Positions 29,752 through 41,321 of a stretch of 64,000 bases of DNA are shown piece after piece (position 1 is the stretch's first letter; each line of letters starts with the position of its first letter). The notes under the pieces are model-generated. The model was not told the origin of the DNA, made no database searches, and saw only the letters and a list, made by a program, of their open reading frames with translations. The stretch comes from Anaeramoeba ignava BMAN (lineage: Eukaryota; Protista; Anaeramoebae): positions 1 to 64,000 of the forward strand of contig JAPDFW010000055.1 of assembly GCA_028826165.1 (NCBI GenBank). The letters run 5' to 3'. Made by a program: the position numbers and the translations under genes.

Positions 29752-32700
29752 TTAAAAATATTTTTGTGTTTCCAATTCTTTTAATCGATTATTAAATTGA
29801 TTAAATTGACTTAATTGATAAAAATCTTCTGTGTCATTTAATTCTTGAATAATTTTTGTTAAATCTTTTTTTAAATTTAAATTTAAATTTAAATCAAATT
29901 CTCCAAAATAAAAGTAATGAATAAGTTGTTCAAGACTTCCTTTACTTTTCCCACTATAATCTTTAACAGAATTTGAATCATCTTGAACATTCAAAAACAT
30001 TTGTCTAAATAAATTTGATCTTAAAATTAAAATCAATTTATGAACTTTGATTTCTGAAGAATCATCACAAATAATTTTGAAATCTTTTTTTTCAATCTTT
30101 TCCAAATAAAGATTAACAAAATCTTTTTTAATTCCTGATTCATCTTTTTTGTTTTGGATCCAATTTTTATCAAATCCTAATTCTTGTGAAATGATTTGAA
30201 TTTTCTTTTCATTTTGAATTTGGGAAAAATTATCTGAACTTGTTAAATATTCTTGAAATAATTTTTGAGAATCAGAATCATCAAAATTAAATTGATTTGA
30301 TTTCCAATAAAATGAAAAGAATGGATGTTTTGACTCAATTAAATTCCATTCATCTTTTTGAAATTGATTCAAATCAAGATTAGAAATTGGATCAATCATT
30401 CCAGTATAAATAAAAATCAAGAAAGGAATAACTTGATTTTCAGGTTTTGATGAGAAAACTTCTTGAATTTTTGTTAAAATTGAATGATCATTATCAAATC
30501 TCATCAATAAAATTAGTTTATGAACTTGGATATTTCCATCTAAATGATTTATTGTGAAATCACAAAATTCTTGTCTCAAAAATAGATTAAATAAATCAAT
30601 TTGCAAATTTTTGGAAAGAATTGGGAATTCAAATCTGAAAAATTCACTTTCAATAAATGGACAAGGTTTATTTTCTCTAATATATCCAATTGCAAAATCT
30701 TGCATAATATCTTTTTCCTTAATTTGATTTGTGCTCAATTCAGAAATTCCTGAATGTGATAATGATATATTATAAAGCAAATTAGAAGAGATAATACTGA
30801 TAAATTTTGAATTCTTTGTGGATAAAATAACGAATCTATCAGTTTCCAAAGGAGTAATAACTGAAGGAAGACTCCAGACAAATTGAATTTTATCTCCAAC
30901 AATTTTTCTATTCAAAATTTTGATTCCCACAAAACTAGTTGGTTCAATTATGATTGGTGATTGACAAAGAATAATTTTAGAATAAGAATAAGAATAATAT
31001 CCAATAATAAATTCTTCCTCGATCATTCCACCTCCAATTTGTATTTTGATTTCTACTTCTCCTTTTTTTTCACATTTCTCATTTTTGTAATAAACTTGAA
31101 AATATTTTGGTGCTTCTTTTTCTTTGGATTGAAGTTGTGATTTAAATAAAATTATTTGATCATTTTGATGAGGTTCATAATTATTTGGTAATTCCCATGA
31201 TACTTTTATTGTTTCTCCAATCTTTGTTTTTTCTGGAGATGATTTAATTATTCCTCCTTCTAATGGAAGAACTTTAATTTCTTCACTTTTTGCAAAAGGT
31301 TTATATTTGTATTCATTTGAACAATATCTAAATTCAAATATTTGATTTCCTTCTCTAATATAATTTCCAATATCAAATGTTAATATTCCCTTTTTTTTAT
31401 GCATTGGAATATATTGATCAGTTAAACCAGGAGTAGTTGTAGAATCTTTCAAAAATAAACCAACACGATCTAAAGAATTTGTTTGATGATATTCAGGTAT
31501 CTCCCATTCAACATCAATTAATTCTCCAAATTTAATTTCATTTTTGGAAACTGATAATTTGAAATCTTTTCTATCAATCTCTTTCACTTTAATTTCTTCA
31601 CTTTTCATTAATGATATTCTTCCATAAAATTTAATATATCTAAATTCAAATATTTGGTTCTCATCTTTAATATATTTATCAATATCAAATGTAAATTTTC
31701 CTTTTCTTGCTAAATTTGAATTATCTTTAATAATTAAAGAGTTACTATCAATTCGAGGATATTTCAAAAATAAAACAATTCGATCTCCATGAATTGGTCG
31801 ATATGATTCAGGTAATTCCCATTCAACATCAATTGATTCTCCATATTTAATTTCATTTTTGGAAACTAATAATTTGAAATCTTTTTTATCAAATTCTTTC
31901 ACTTTAATTTCTTCACTTTTTGCTATTGGGTTTTTTTGATCTTTTGGATAATATCTAATTTCAAATATTTGATTTTCTTCTGTAATATAATTTCCAATAT
32001 CAAGTGTTAATATTCCTTTTTTTGCTAAATTTGAAGTAAATTTCCTAAATAAAGAATTATTGATTGGAGAATCTTTCAAAAATAAACCAATCCAATCTTG
32101 TTCATTTGAATGATAATATTCAGGAAATTCCCATTCAACATTAATTGATTCTCCAAATTTAATTTCATTTTTGGAAACTAATAATTTGAAATTTTTTTTA
32201 TTAAATTCTTTCACTTTAATTTCTTCACTTTTTGCTATTGGGTTTTTTTGATCTTTTGGATAATATCTAAATTCAAATATTTGATTTTCTTCTGTAATAT
32301 AATTTCCAATATCAAATCTTAATATTCCTTTTTTTGTTAAATTTAAAGTAGCTTTGCCAACTAAAGAATTATTGATTGGAGAATCTTTCAAAAATAAACC
32401 AATCCAATCTCGTTCATTTGATTGATAATATTCAGGAAATTCCCATTTAACATCAATTGATTCTCCATATTTAATTTCATTTTTGGAAACTAATAATTTG
32501 AAAATTTTCAATTCATCAACTCCAAAATGAGAAGAAGTAAACAATACTTTTTTTTCGTTTGAAGTTTTGAGATGAGAAATGTATTTAACAATAAATAATT
32601 GGGCTTCATTTTCATTTGTATTTTCCTTTTTCAAATCATCATCCAATTTGAATTCAATCATTCCAATTCTTGAAACTCTATCATTATGTTTTTCTATCAA

Positions 32701-33831
32701 AGGTTTTTGTGATAAATCATTTAAATTTGAATGAGGATCATAATAAAAAAGTGAAATTGAATCTGAAATGTTTGGTTTGTATTCATCAGGTAATTTGAAT
32801 TGAATTTGAATTGGTAAACCAAATGTAGGTCTTTTTGCTATAATTTCAATTCCATTATTTTCCAAGAATTGGATTTGGAATGGTTTGCTGACACATTGAC
32901 TTTTATCATCACATGAAAAAAATCTAAATTGTAAATTGTCAAGAAAATTAATTGTTTGATAATCTTTTGTTTGGAAAATAATTGAATCTTTTCTATTTGT
33001 TTGATAAATATATTTTAATTCAATATATTGTGAACTTATTGAGTTTTCATAAAATAATCCAATCCGACTTGTTTCAGATATCTCAAAGTCTTCAGGAAAC
33101 TCCCATGAAACTTCAATGGATTCTCCAAATAAAAACTTTTCTTTAGAGAGAATAAGATGATTTTCTGGAATTTTGGATTTAATAATAAAAGGTTCACTTT
33201 CTGCTATTGTGTCTTCATTAACTGCAATATATCTAATTACAAATTCTTCATTAGTTTCATCTCTCATGCAAGATCCAGTATTAAAAGTTGCTGTTCCATT
33301 CATTGTTGCATTGTAATTAGCCACACTACCCAAATAAGAACTACTATAAAATGGTTCATCTTTGGGAAATAAGCAAATCAAATCCCAACGTCTTAAAGAA
33401 TAACCATCACAACCATCATCTCCATTGGGTATAAAATTAACAGGTAATTTCCAAGTTGTTTTAATTTCTTTTTCATTAATTTCATCAATAGTAATTATTT
33501 TTTCAAAAGGAATAATTTCAAAAACTTCAGAAACAAGAATTGATTTGGATTGATTTTCAGGTAAATATCTAATTTGTAATTTGTTCTTCCATATTTCCAC
33601 ATAATTGACATTAAGAAATGTTGTTCCTTCTAATTGAGAATTTGAATTGTTTTTATAAGTAAAGTAAATTTCATTTTTTTCTTTTGTAGCGTCAAAAAGT
33701 GCAATTTTATCATTTGATTTTGGTTGAAATTGTTCAGAAAGTTTCCATTCAACAATAATTTCATTTTGATTTGTTAATTTAACTTTTTTGTTTTCATAAT
33801 TTTTAACTTGAATAAAATATTTTTGTTCCAT
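29752..33831 (-). CDS. 1359-aa protein with ~10 SKICH-like Ig-fold repeats and two C-terminal BTB/POZ domains
   Basis: Repeats with consensus GESI.V.W.(F/L)P..Y.....DWIGLF...G.L.F......FEFRY.....AKSE.I.V; BTB motifs FCDFTI...VHKLILLMR and DFKI...KVHKLILILRSNLFRQMF...DYS. Intact and intronless. Confidence 0.8.
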   Translation of the reverse strand: MEQKYFIQVKNYENKKVKLTNQNEIIVEWKLSEQFQPKSNDKIALFDATKEKNEIYFTYKNNSNSQLEGTTFLNVNYVEIWKNKLQIRYLPENQSKSILVSEVFEIIPFEKIITIDEINEKEIKTTWKLPVNFIPNGDDGCDGYSLRRWDLICLFPKDEPFYSSSYLGSVANYNATMNGTATFNTGSCMRDETNEEFVIRYIAVNEDTIAESEPFIIKSKIPENHLILSKEKFLFGESIEVSWEFPEDFEISETSRIGLFYENSISSQYIELKYIYQTNRKDSIIFQTKDYQTINFLDNLQFRFFSCDDKSQCVSKPFQIQFLENNGIEIIAKRPTFGLPIQIQFKLPDEYKPNISDSISLFYYDPHSNLNDLSQKPLIEKHNDRVSRIGMIEFKLDDDLKKENTNENEAQLFIVKYISHLKTSNEKKVLFTSSHFGVDELKIFKLLVSKNEIKYGESIDVKWEFPEYYQSNERDWIGLFLKDSPINNSLVGKATLNLTKKGILRFDIGNYITEENQIFEFRYYPKDQKNPIAKSEEIKVKEFNKKNFKLLVSKNEIKFGESINVEWEFPEYYHSNEQDWIGLFLKDSPINNSLFRKFTSNLAKKGILTLDIGNYITEENQIFEIRYYPKDQKNPIAKSEEIKVKEFDKKDFKLLVSKNEIKYGESIDVEWELPESYRPIHGDRIVLFLKYPRIDSNSLIIKDNSNLARKGKFTFDIDKYIKDENQIFEFRYIKFYGRISLMKSEEIKVKEIDRKDFKLSVSKNEIKFGELIDVEWEIPEYHQTNSLDRVGLFLKDSTTTPGLTDQYIPMHKKKGILTFDIGNYIREGNQIFEFRYCSNEYKYKPFAKSEEIKVLPLEGGIIKSSPEKTKIGETIKVSWELPNNYEPHQNDQIILFKSQLQSKEKEAPKYFQVYYKNEKCEKKGEVEIKIQIGGGMIEEEFIIGYYSYSYSKIILCQSPIIIEPTSFVGIKILNRKIVGDKIQFVWSLPSVITPLETDRFVILSTKNSKFISIISSNLLYNISLSHSGISELSTNQIKEKDIMQDFAIGYIRENKPCPFIESEFFRFEFPILSKNLQIDLFNLFLRQEFCDFTINHLDGNIQVHKLILLMRFDNDHSILTKIQEVFSSKPENQVIPFLIFIYTGMIDPISNLDLNQFQKDEWNLIESKHPFFSFYWKSNQFNFDDSDSQKLFQEYLTSSDNFSQIQNEKKIQIISQELGFDKNWIQNKKDESGIKKDFVNLYLEKIEKKDFKIICDDSSEIKVHKLILILRSNLFRQMFLNVQDDSNSVKDYSGKSKGSLEQLIHYFYFGEFDLNLNLNLKKDLTKIIQELNDTEDFYQLSQFNQFNNRLKELETQKYF
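31270..32500 (-). repeat. Four recent intragenic tandem repeats of 312-315 bp (104-105 aa)
   Basis: The anchor AATTTCATTTTTGGAAACT recurs at 31534, 31849, 32161 and 32473. Confidence 0.92.
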
Positions 33832-33883
33832 TTTGAAATGAAAAAAATGAAAATTAATTTTTGCTTTTTATTTTTTTTGCTTT

Positions 33884-35023
33884 TCAAAAATATGTTCGAT
33901 GAATAATTGTTGGTCCAATTTCATTATATTCATCCAATGAAATACATCGATCTTGAAAAGTAGAAAATGAAGCCAACATTGATCCACCAATCCAAGATGA
34001 ATATTTTCTTTCTTCAGGAGCAATAATTTTAACTTTCATTCCATTTTTTTCTGATAATTTAGATATTTCTTTTTTGAATCTTTGTTTGATTCCAGGAAAC
34101 ATTGAAGTTCCTCCAGATAAAATAATGTTAGAAAATAAATCTTTTTGAATATCCTCATCGCATTTCATAATTGAATCATAAATCATTTCATGAATTCCTT
34201 TTTCCTCTATTCCAATCAAAGAAGGTTGAAATAATGCTTCTGAACATCTGAATCTTTCTTTTCCAATTTTGGTAATTCGACCATCAAATATTTCATAATT
34301 TTTTTCAATTAATTTTTCTTCTTGATTAATTTCTTTATCAAAATCCAAAGCAACATATCCAAATTTTTCTTTAATATCTTTAATAATTGCAATTTCAGCA
34401 GTTGTTGTCAAAGAATATCCTTTTTCTGTTAACATTTGCAATAAATAATCATTTAAATTTTTTCCTCCTAAATTTAATTTATTGATTGAATTCAATAAAA
34501 CAGAGCTTTCATAAACAGGAACAACTTGAATAAAACCACCTCCCATTTCAACAACAATTCCTATTGATCTTCTTGTTGATATTGATGATAAAACAGATTG
34601 ATTTTCAAGATCAAAAAAAGGAGTACAAAATGTTTCAAACATAATTTGAGTAATTTTCTCTTTATTTTCTTTTGAATTGAAAACACTATCCATTAATAAA
34701 GCAGGATGTTCTTCAGGAGCAACTCTTAATTCATTATAAAAACAATGGTGCCATATTTTTTCCATATCATCCCAATTTATTACCATTCCATTTTCAATCG
34801 GATATTTCATTATTAATATTCCTCTTTTTGCAATTGCTTCATCTCCAATATATGCATCTTTTTGTCCCATTCCTACGTATCCATAATATCTTACTCTTCC
34901 AACTATTGATGGAATAATTGATCTTGGTTTCTCATCTCCTGCAAATCCTGATTTTGAATAAGTTGTTCCATTATCAAATATTACTGTTGGATTTTCCCCA
35001 ATTAAGAAATTGTCAAAATACAT
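33884..35023 (-). CDS. Divergent actin paralogue (379 aa, intronless)
   Basis: DNG...[67 protein letters not shown]; ATG at 35023 preceded by TTTCATTT motifs. Confidence 0.93.
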   Translation of the reverse strand: MYFDNFLIGENPTVIFDNGTTYSKSGFAGDEKPRSIIPSIVGRVRYYGYVGMGQKDAYIGDEAIAKRGILIMKYPIENGMVINWDDMEKIWHHCFYNELRVAPEEHPALLMDSVFNSKENKEKITQIMFETFCTPFFDLENQSVLSSISTRRSIGIVVEMGGGFIQVVPVYESSVLLNSINKLNLGGKNLNDYLLQMLTEKGYSLTTTAEIAIIKDIKEKFGYVALDFDKEINQEEKLIEKNYEIFDGRITKIGKERFRCSEALFQPSLIGIEEKGIHEMIYDSIMKCDEDIQKDLFSNIILSGGTSMFPGIKQRFKKEISKLSEKNGMKVKIIAPEERKYSSWIGGSMLASFSTFQDRCISLDEYNEIGPTIIHRTYF

Positions 35024-35160
35024 TTTTGAAAAAATGAAAGAAAAAAATGAAAGAAAAAAATGAAAAAAATTAATTTGCTTTTCTTTTCGATTCTTCAATG
35101 AATTTTTTTGAAATGATTAATTCAATAAAATTTGATTTTGGTTTAAAAAATGAAACTCTC

Positions 35161-36999
35161 TTAATTTTCGTCCATTTCAATTTCATCCATTTCGATTCCA
35201 TTCATTTCGATTTCATGGTTTTCTTTTTCATTATGGATTTGATTTTGATTATTAAATTTTTTAATTAATAAATCAAATAAATTTGGATTTGTTTGATTTA
35301 ATTGAAAATAATCAATTCCAATCTCTAATTCTTCAATAATTTCTTGTGTAATTTGAATTTCTTTTTTAATTTGATTTGAATAAATCCAATATTCAAATAT
35401 TTGAAATGATTTATTACTTAATTCACTATAATCTGTAACTTTATTTGAAGTATCTTCAGTTACAGATAAAAACATTCCTCGATATAATTCGCTTCTCATT
35501 ATTAATATTAATTTTGGAAATTTATATTGTTTTTCTTTTCTTTCAATTATAAAAATCTTTTTCATTTTCATTTAAATAAATTCTTTTCATTGTTTCTTCA
35601 ATTTTTTCATTTGAATTTATAATTTCTTTAATTTCAGAATATAATTTTGAATTTATTATTCTGTTTGAATAAATCATTTCAAATATTTGATTTGATTCTT
35701 TAATTGATTTTTTTGAAATAATTTCTTGAAGTTTTTCAATTTGATTTTGATTTTCATTTGATTTAATCTATATTTCAATATTAATTTATGAGCTTCAATT
35801 ATTTCTCCATTTTTGGTTTTAAATGAAATATCACAAAATTCTTTTCTTTCAAATAGTTTTATCAAATCTTCTTCAAGATTGGAAAAAGAAGAAAGAAAAG
35901 GAGAATAATAAATAAATGAATTGTAATCTCCACAAGAAACATGATAATTAGAAATATCTTCATTAAATCTTAATTCAGGAAGTTCAATTTGAATTGGAAT
36001 TAATTGATGTTTTGTATATCTAGTTCCTAATTCACCAAATTGATTTAAACCAAATCCAATTAATTTTGGATTGGATGTTAAAATCAAAGTATGATAATCA
36101 CCAACAGAAAAATCAAGAATATTATCATCATTTTCAAATAAATATGATTTGATTTCAGTAAATTCATAAGTATCTTCATTTTTACCAAGTCCATTAATAT
36201 AAGAATTTCCAGATGAATAAAGTTTTCTTTTTGGATTTTCATTTTCAATCAACATTATTGAATGCCAATATCCACATTGAATATCAATTATTTTACCTTT
36301 TGGAATATTTTGGATTTTGGTTAATTTTTGGATTTTTGTTTCTCTTGTTGATTTTCCTAATCCAAGTTGACCAGATACATTATCTCCACATCCAAATAAT
36401 TCTTGATTTGAATTTAAAAGAAAAACATGAGTTGAAGAATTTCCTGAAAATATTTTAGAAACATTTTTCATCATTAAAATTGGTTTTTGTGTATTTTTAA
36501 GTGTTTTAGAATCAAAACCAAGTTGACCAGATAAATTTGAACCAATTCCATAAACATTTTGATTTGAAGTTAATAAATAAATTGAATAAGCTCCAGAAAC
36601 AACATTTTCAATTATTCTATCATTTGTATCTTCAATTAATGATGAAATATTGATAAATTCTTTTGGATTAATATTTTTTCCTTTTGCAAATACATTTCCT
36701 TCTATTGTTAAAATAGCTTCATTTTCAGAACCAACAGTTACTTTTTGAATATTTTCTTCAATTTGGATTTTTTGAGGATTTTGTTTTGAATTTCTTTCAT
36801 TTAAATATTCTATTGCTTTTCCATTTTCAAAAAGGAAAATTGTTGAATAATTTCCTGTTGAAATTTGTTTAATTTGTTTTTCATTTTCATTTTCATTTTC
36901 ATTTTCAAATTTAAATTGAATTGATTTTGTTATTTCTTCTGGTTCATTTTTGATAAGTTTTGAATTTCTATTTTTACCAAAAAATAAAATTTCATTCAT
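35161..36999 (-). CDS. RCC1-repeat + tandem BTB protein, copy A (frame breaks near ~35750 and ~35565)
   Basis: RCC1 motifs GSNLSGQLG, GDNVSGQLG, CGYWHS, VGDYHTL; BTB FCDISF...AHKLIL and KFPKLILIMRSELYRGMF...DYS. Confidence 0.85.
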
Positions 37000-37130
37000 T
37001 TTTGAAAAGAAAAAAATGAAAAAATGAAAAATTAAAAAAAAGTTTTTTTTGATAAAATATCCAATTCTTTTTCTTTTAAATTTAAATTTTAATTTTAATT
37101 TTGATTTTGATTTTGATTTTAATTTTGATT

Positions 37131-39011
37131 TTAATTTTGATTATTAAATTTTTTAATTAATAAATCAAATAAATTTGGATATGTTTGATTTAATTGAAAA
37201 TAATCAATTCCAATTTGAATTTCATCAATTATTTCTTGTGTAATTTCAATTTCTTTTTTAATTTGATTTGAATAAATCCAATATTCAAATATTTGAAATG
37301 ATTTATTACTTAATTCACTATAATCTGTAACTTTATTTGATTTATCTTCAGTTACAGATAAAAACATTCCTCGATATAATTCACTTCTCATTATTAATAT
37401 TAATTTTGGAAATTTATATTTCTTTTCTTTTCTTTCAATAATAAAATCTTTTTCATTTTCATTTTCATTTTCATTTAAATAAATTCTTTTCATTGTTTCT
37501 TCAATTTTTTCATTTAAATTTATAATTTCTTTAATTTCAGAATATAATATTGGATTTATTATTCTGTTTGAATAAATCATTTCAAATATTTGATTTGATT
37601 CTTTAATTGATTTTTTTGAAATAATTTCTTGAAGTTTTTCAATTTCATTTTGATTTTGATTTAATCTATATTTTCAATATTAATTTATGAGCTTTGATTA
37701 TTTCTCCATTTTTGGTTTTAAATGAAATATCACAAAATTCTTTTCTTTCAAATAGTTTTATCAAATCTTCTTCAAGATTGGAAAAAGAAGAAAGAAAAGG
37801 AGAATAATAAATAAATGAATTGTAATCTCCACAAGAAACATGATAATTAGAAATATCTTCATTAAATCTTAATTTAGGAAGTTCAATTTGAATAGGAATT
37901 AATTGATTTTTTGTATCTCTAGTTCCTAATTCACCATTATAATTATTTCCAAATCCTAATAATTTTGGATTGGAAGTTAAAATCAAAGTATGATAATCAC
38001 CAACAGAAAAATCAAGAATATTATCATCATTTTCAAATAAAGATGATTTGATTTCAGTAAATTCATAAGTATCTTCATTTTTACCAAGTCCATTATATCT
38101 CCAATCTCCACATGAATAAATTTTTCTTTTTGAATTTTCATTTTCATTTTCAACCAACATTATTGAATGCCAATATCCACATTGAATATCAATTATTTTG
38201 CCTTTTGGAATATTTTGGATTTTGGTTAATTTATCAATTTTTGTTTCTCTTGTTGATTTTCCTAATCCAAGTTGACCAGATACATTATCTCCACATCCAA
38301 ATAATTCTTGATTTGAATTTAAAAGAAAAGCATGACATGAAGAATTTCCTGAAAATATTTTAGAAACATTTTTCATCATTAAAATTGGTTTTTGTGTATT
38401 TTTAAGTGTTTTAGAATCAAAACCAAGTTGACCAGATAAATTTGAACCAATTCCATAAACATTTTGATTTGAAGTTAATAAATAAATTGAATAAGCTCCA
38501 GAAACAACATTTTCAATTATTATATCATTTGTATCTTCAATTAGTAATGAAATATTGATAAATTCATTTGGATTAATATTTTTTCCTTTTGCAAATACAT
38601 TTCCTTCTATTGTTAAAATAGCTTCATTTTCAGAACCAACAGTTACTTTTTGAATATTTTCTTCAATTTGGATTTTTTGAGGATTTTTGAATTTCTTTTA
38701 TTTAAATATTCTATTGCTTTTCCATTTTCAAAAAGGAAAATTATTGAATAATTTCCTGTTGAAATTTGTTTAATTTGTTTTTCATTTTCATTTTCATTTT
38801 CATTTTCATTTTCAAATTTAAATTGAATTGGTTTTTTTATTTCATATGGTTCATTTTCATTTTCATTTTCATTTTCATTTTCATTTTCATTTTCATTTTC
38901 ATTTTCATTTTCATTTTCAAATTTAAATTGAATTGGTTTTTTTATTTCTTCTGGTTCATTTTTGATAAGTTTTGAATTTCTATTTCTTCCAAAAAATAAA
39001 ATTTCATTCAT
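37131..39011 (-). CDS. RCC1-repeat + tandem BTB protein, copy B (frame breaks near ~38685 and ~37670)
   Basis: Near-identical tandem duplicate of copy A, including the upstream sequence GATAAAATATCCAATTCTTTT (37051 and 39064). Confidence 0.85.
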
Positions 39012-39092
39012 TTTTGAAAAGAAAAAAAATGAAAAAATGAAAAATTAAAAAAAAGTTTTTTTTGATAAAATATCCAATTCTTTTTCTTTTAA

Positions 39093-39735
39093 ATTTATAT
39101 TTATATTTATATTTATATTTATATTTATATTTATATTTATATTTATATTTATATTTATATTTAGATTTATATTTAGATTTAGATTTAGATTTATATTTAT
39201 ATTTATATTTATATTTAGATTTAGATTTAGATTTAGATTTAGATTTATATTTATATTTATATTTATATTTATATTTATATTTATATTTATATTTATATTT
39301 ATATTTATATTTATATTTATATTTATATTTATATTTATATTTATAATTATATTTATATTTAGATTTAGATTTATATTTATATTTTAGATTTTAGATTTTA
39401 GATTTAATTTATATTTATATATTTAGATTTTAATTTATAATTATATTTTATATTTATATTTAGATTTATATTTAGATTTACATTTACATTTAGAGTATTT
39501 ATATTTATATTTATATTTATATTTAGATTTTATATTTAGATTTATATTTAGATTTAGATTTAGATTTTAATTTATATTTATATTTATATTTATATTTATA
39601 TTTATAGATTTATATTTAGATTTATATTTATATTTATATTTATATTTAGATTTAGATTTAGATTTAGATTTAGATTTTAATTTTGATTTTAATTTTAATT
39701 TTAATTTTTTAATTTTAATTTTAATTTTGATTTTG
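39093..39735. repeat. (TTTATA/TTTAGA)n hexamer microsatellite
   Basis: Directly visible. Confidence 0.95.
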
Positions 39736-40064
39736 AATTAGAAGAAGAAAGAAAGAAGAAATTATTAATAAAAAAAAAAACAAAAAAAAAACAACGATCA
39801 CTTAATTTTTTTAATTTAAAATTTAATTTAAAATTTAACTTAAAACCGTTATTAAATCGTTAAAAAAAAGAAAAAAAAAAAAAGAAATTTTAAAAAAAAA
39901 TAAAAAATTTTGAATTTTGTTTTTTTCATTCTTATTTTTTTTCAAACAAATTTATTTTTTTAATTTTTATTTTTGTAAATTAAATTAAAAAATAAAAAAA
40001 ATAAAAATAAATCAAATTTTTTTTAACGGTTTTTATTTTTGTATTGTTTAAATAGGATTTATCA

Positions 40065-41096
40065 ATGGGAACATCAAAGAAAGTTACAAAATCAAGAAGC
40101 AAAAAAGGCAAATCAAAGAAATCAAAAAAACCAGCTCCACCAAAAAGACCAAGAAACTCTTATTTTATTTTTGCAGCTGAAGTAAGACCACAAATTTTGA
40201 AAGACAATCCTGATGCAAAGATTGGAGAAATTAGTAAGCTTACTGGAAAGAAGTGGAAAGCAGTTAGTGAAGATAAAAAGAAAGTAAATACATTTTTATT
40301 TTTATTTTTATTTTGTTTAAAAAAAAAATTTTTTTTTAAGGAAATTTTATTATTTAATTTTATTTATAAATTTTATTTATAAATTTTATTTATAATTTTA
40401 TTATAAATTTTATTATTAATTTTATTATTAATTTTATTTATAATTTTATTATAAAAATAATTCATTTGGCAAAAACAAATTTTTTTTCTTTTTTTATTTA
40501 AAAAAAATTTAATTAAAAAAAAATCTTTTTCTTTTCAATTTTTTTTTGCTTTGATTATCTTTTATAGAAATATCAAGCATTAGCAGACAAAGAAAAAGAG
40601 GAATATGAAAAAAAGTTAAAAGAATATAAAAAGAAATATCCTCAATCAACTGAATCATCTTCAAGTACAAGCGAAGAAAAAAAGAAAAGAACCAGAAGAA
40701 AAAAGGATCCAAATGCACCAAAAGCACCTCAAAATGCTTATATGCTTTATGCTGCTGAAGTTCGTGAAGCAGTTATGAAAGAGAATAAAGGATTGAAAGT
40801 TGGAGAAATTTCCAAGATTATTGGCAAAATGTGGAAAGAATTACCTGAAAAAAACAAAAAGGTAAATCAAATTTAAATCAATTACATGAAATTAAATCAA
40901 AATAAATCAAATTTAAATCATTTACATGAAATTAAATTTTTATTCTCTTTTTTTATTTTAGAAATTCCAAGATACTGCTAAGAAAGCAAGAGAAGAATAC
41001 AAGACAAAGATGGAAGAATACAACAAAAACAAAAAATCAACAACAACTTCTTCCACTTCAGAATCAACATCAACAACTAGTTCTGATTCGGATTAA
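40065..41096 (+). CDS. Two-box HMGB-type chromatin protein; introns 40284-40567 and 40862-40961
   Basis: PPKRPRNSYFIF...IGEISKLTGKKWK and KDPNAPKAPQNAYMLY...VGEISKIIGKMWKEL; Ser/Thr-rich tail; phase-0 GT-AG introns. Confidence 0.93.
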
Positions 41097-41321
41097 ATTT
41101 AATTTTACTTTAATTTTCTCAAAAAAAAATTCAAAATTTATTTTCGAACATTTTTTTTCAATTTTTTTTTTTCCAATGTTCTGTTTCCATCTTTTCTTTT
41201 CTTTGACTTTTTCTACTTCATCATCTTTTTTTTTTTTCTTTCAAAAAAAACAGAATAAAAAAAAAAAAAACAAAATTTTTTATCATTTTCATTTTAATTT
41301 TCATTTTTTTTTAATTTAAAA

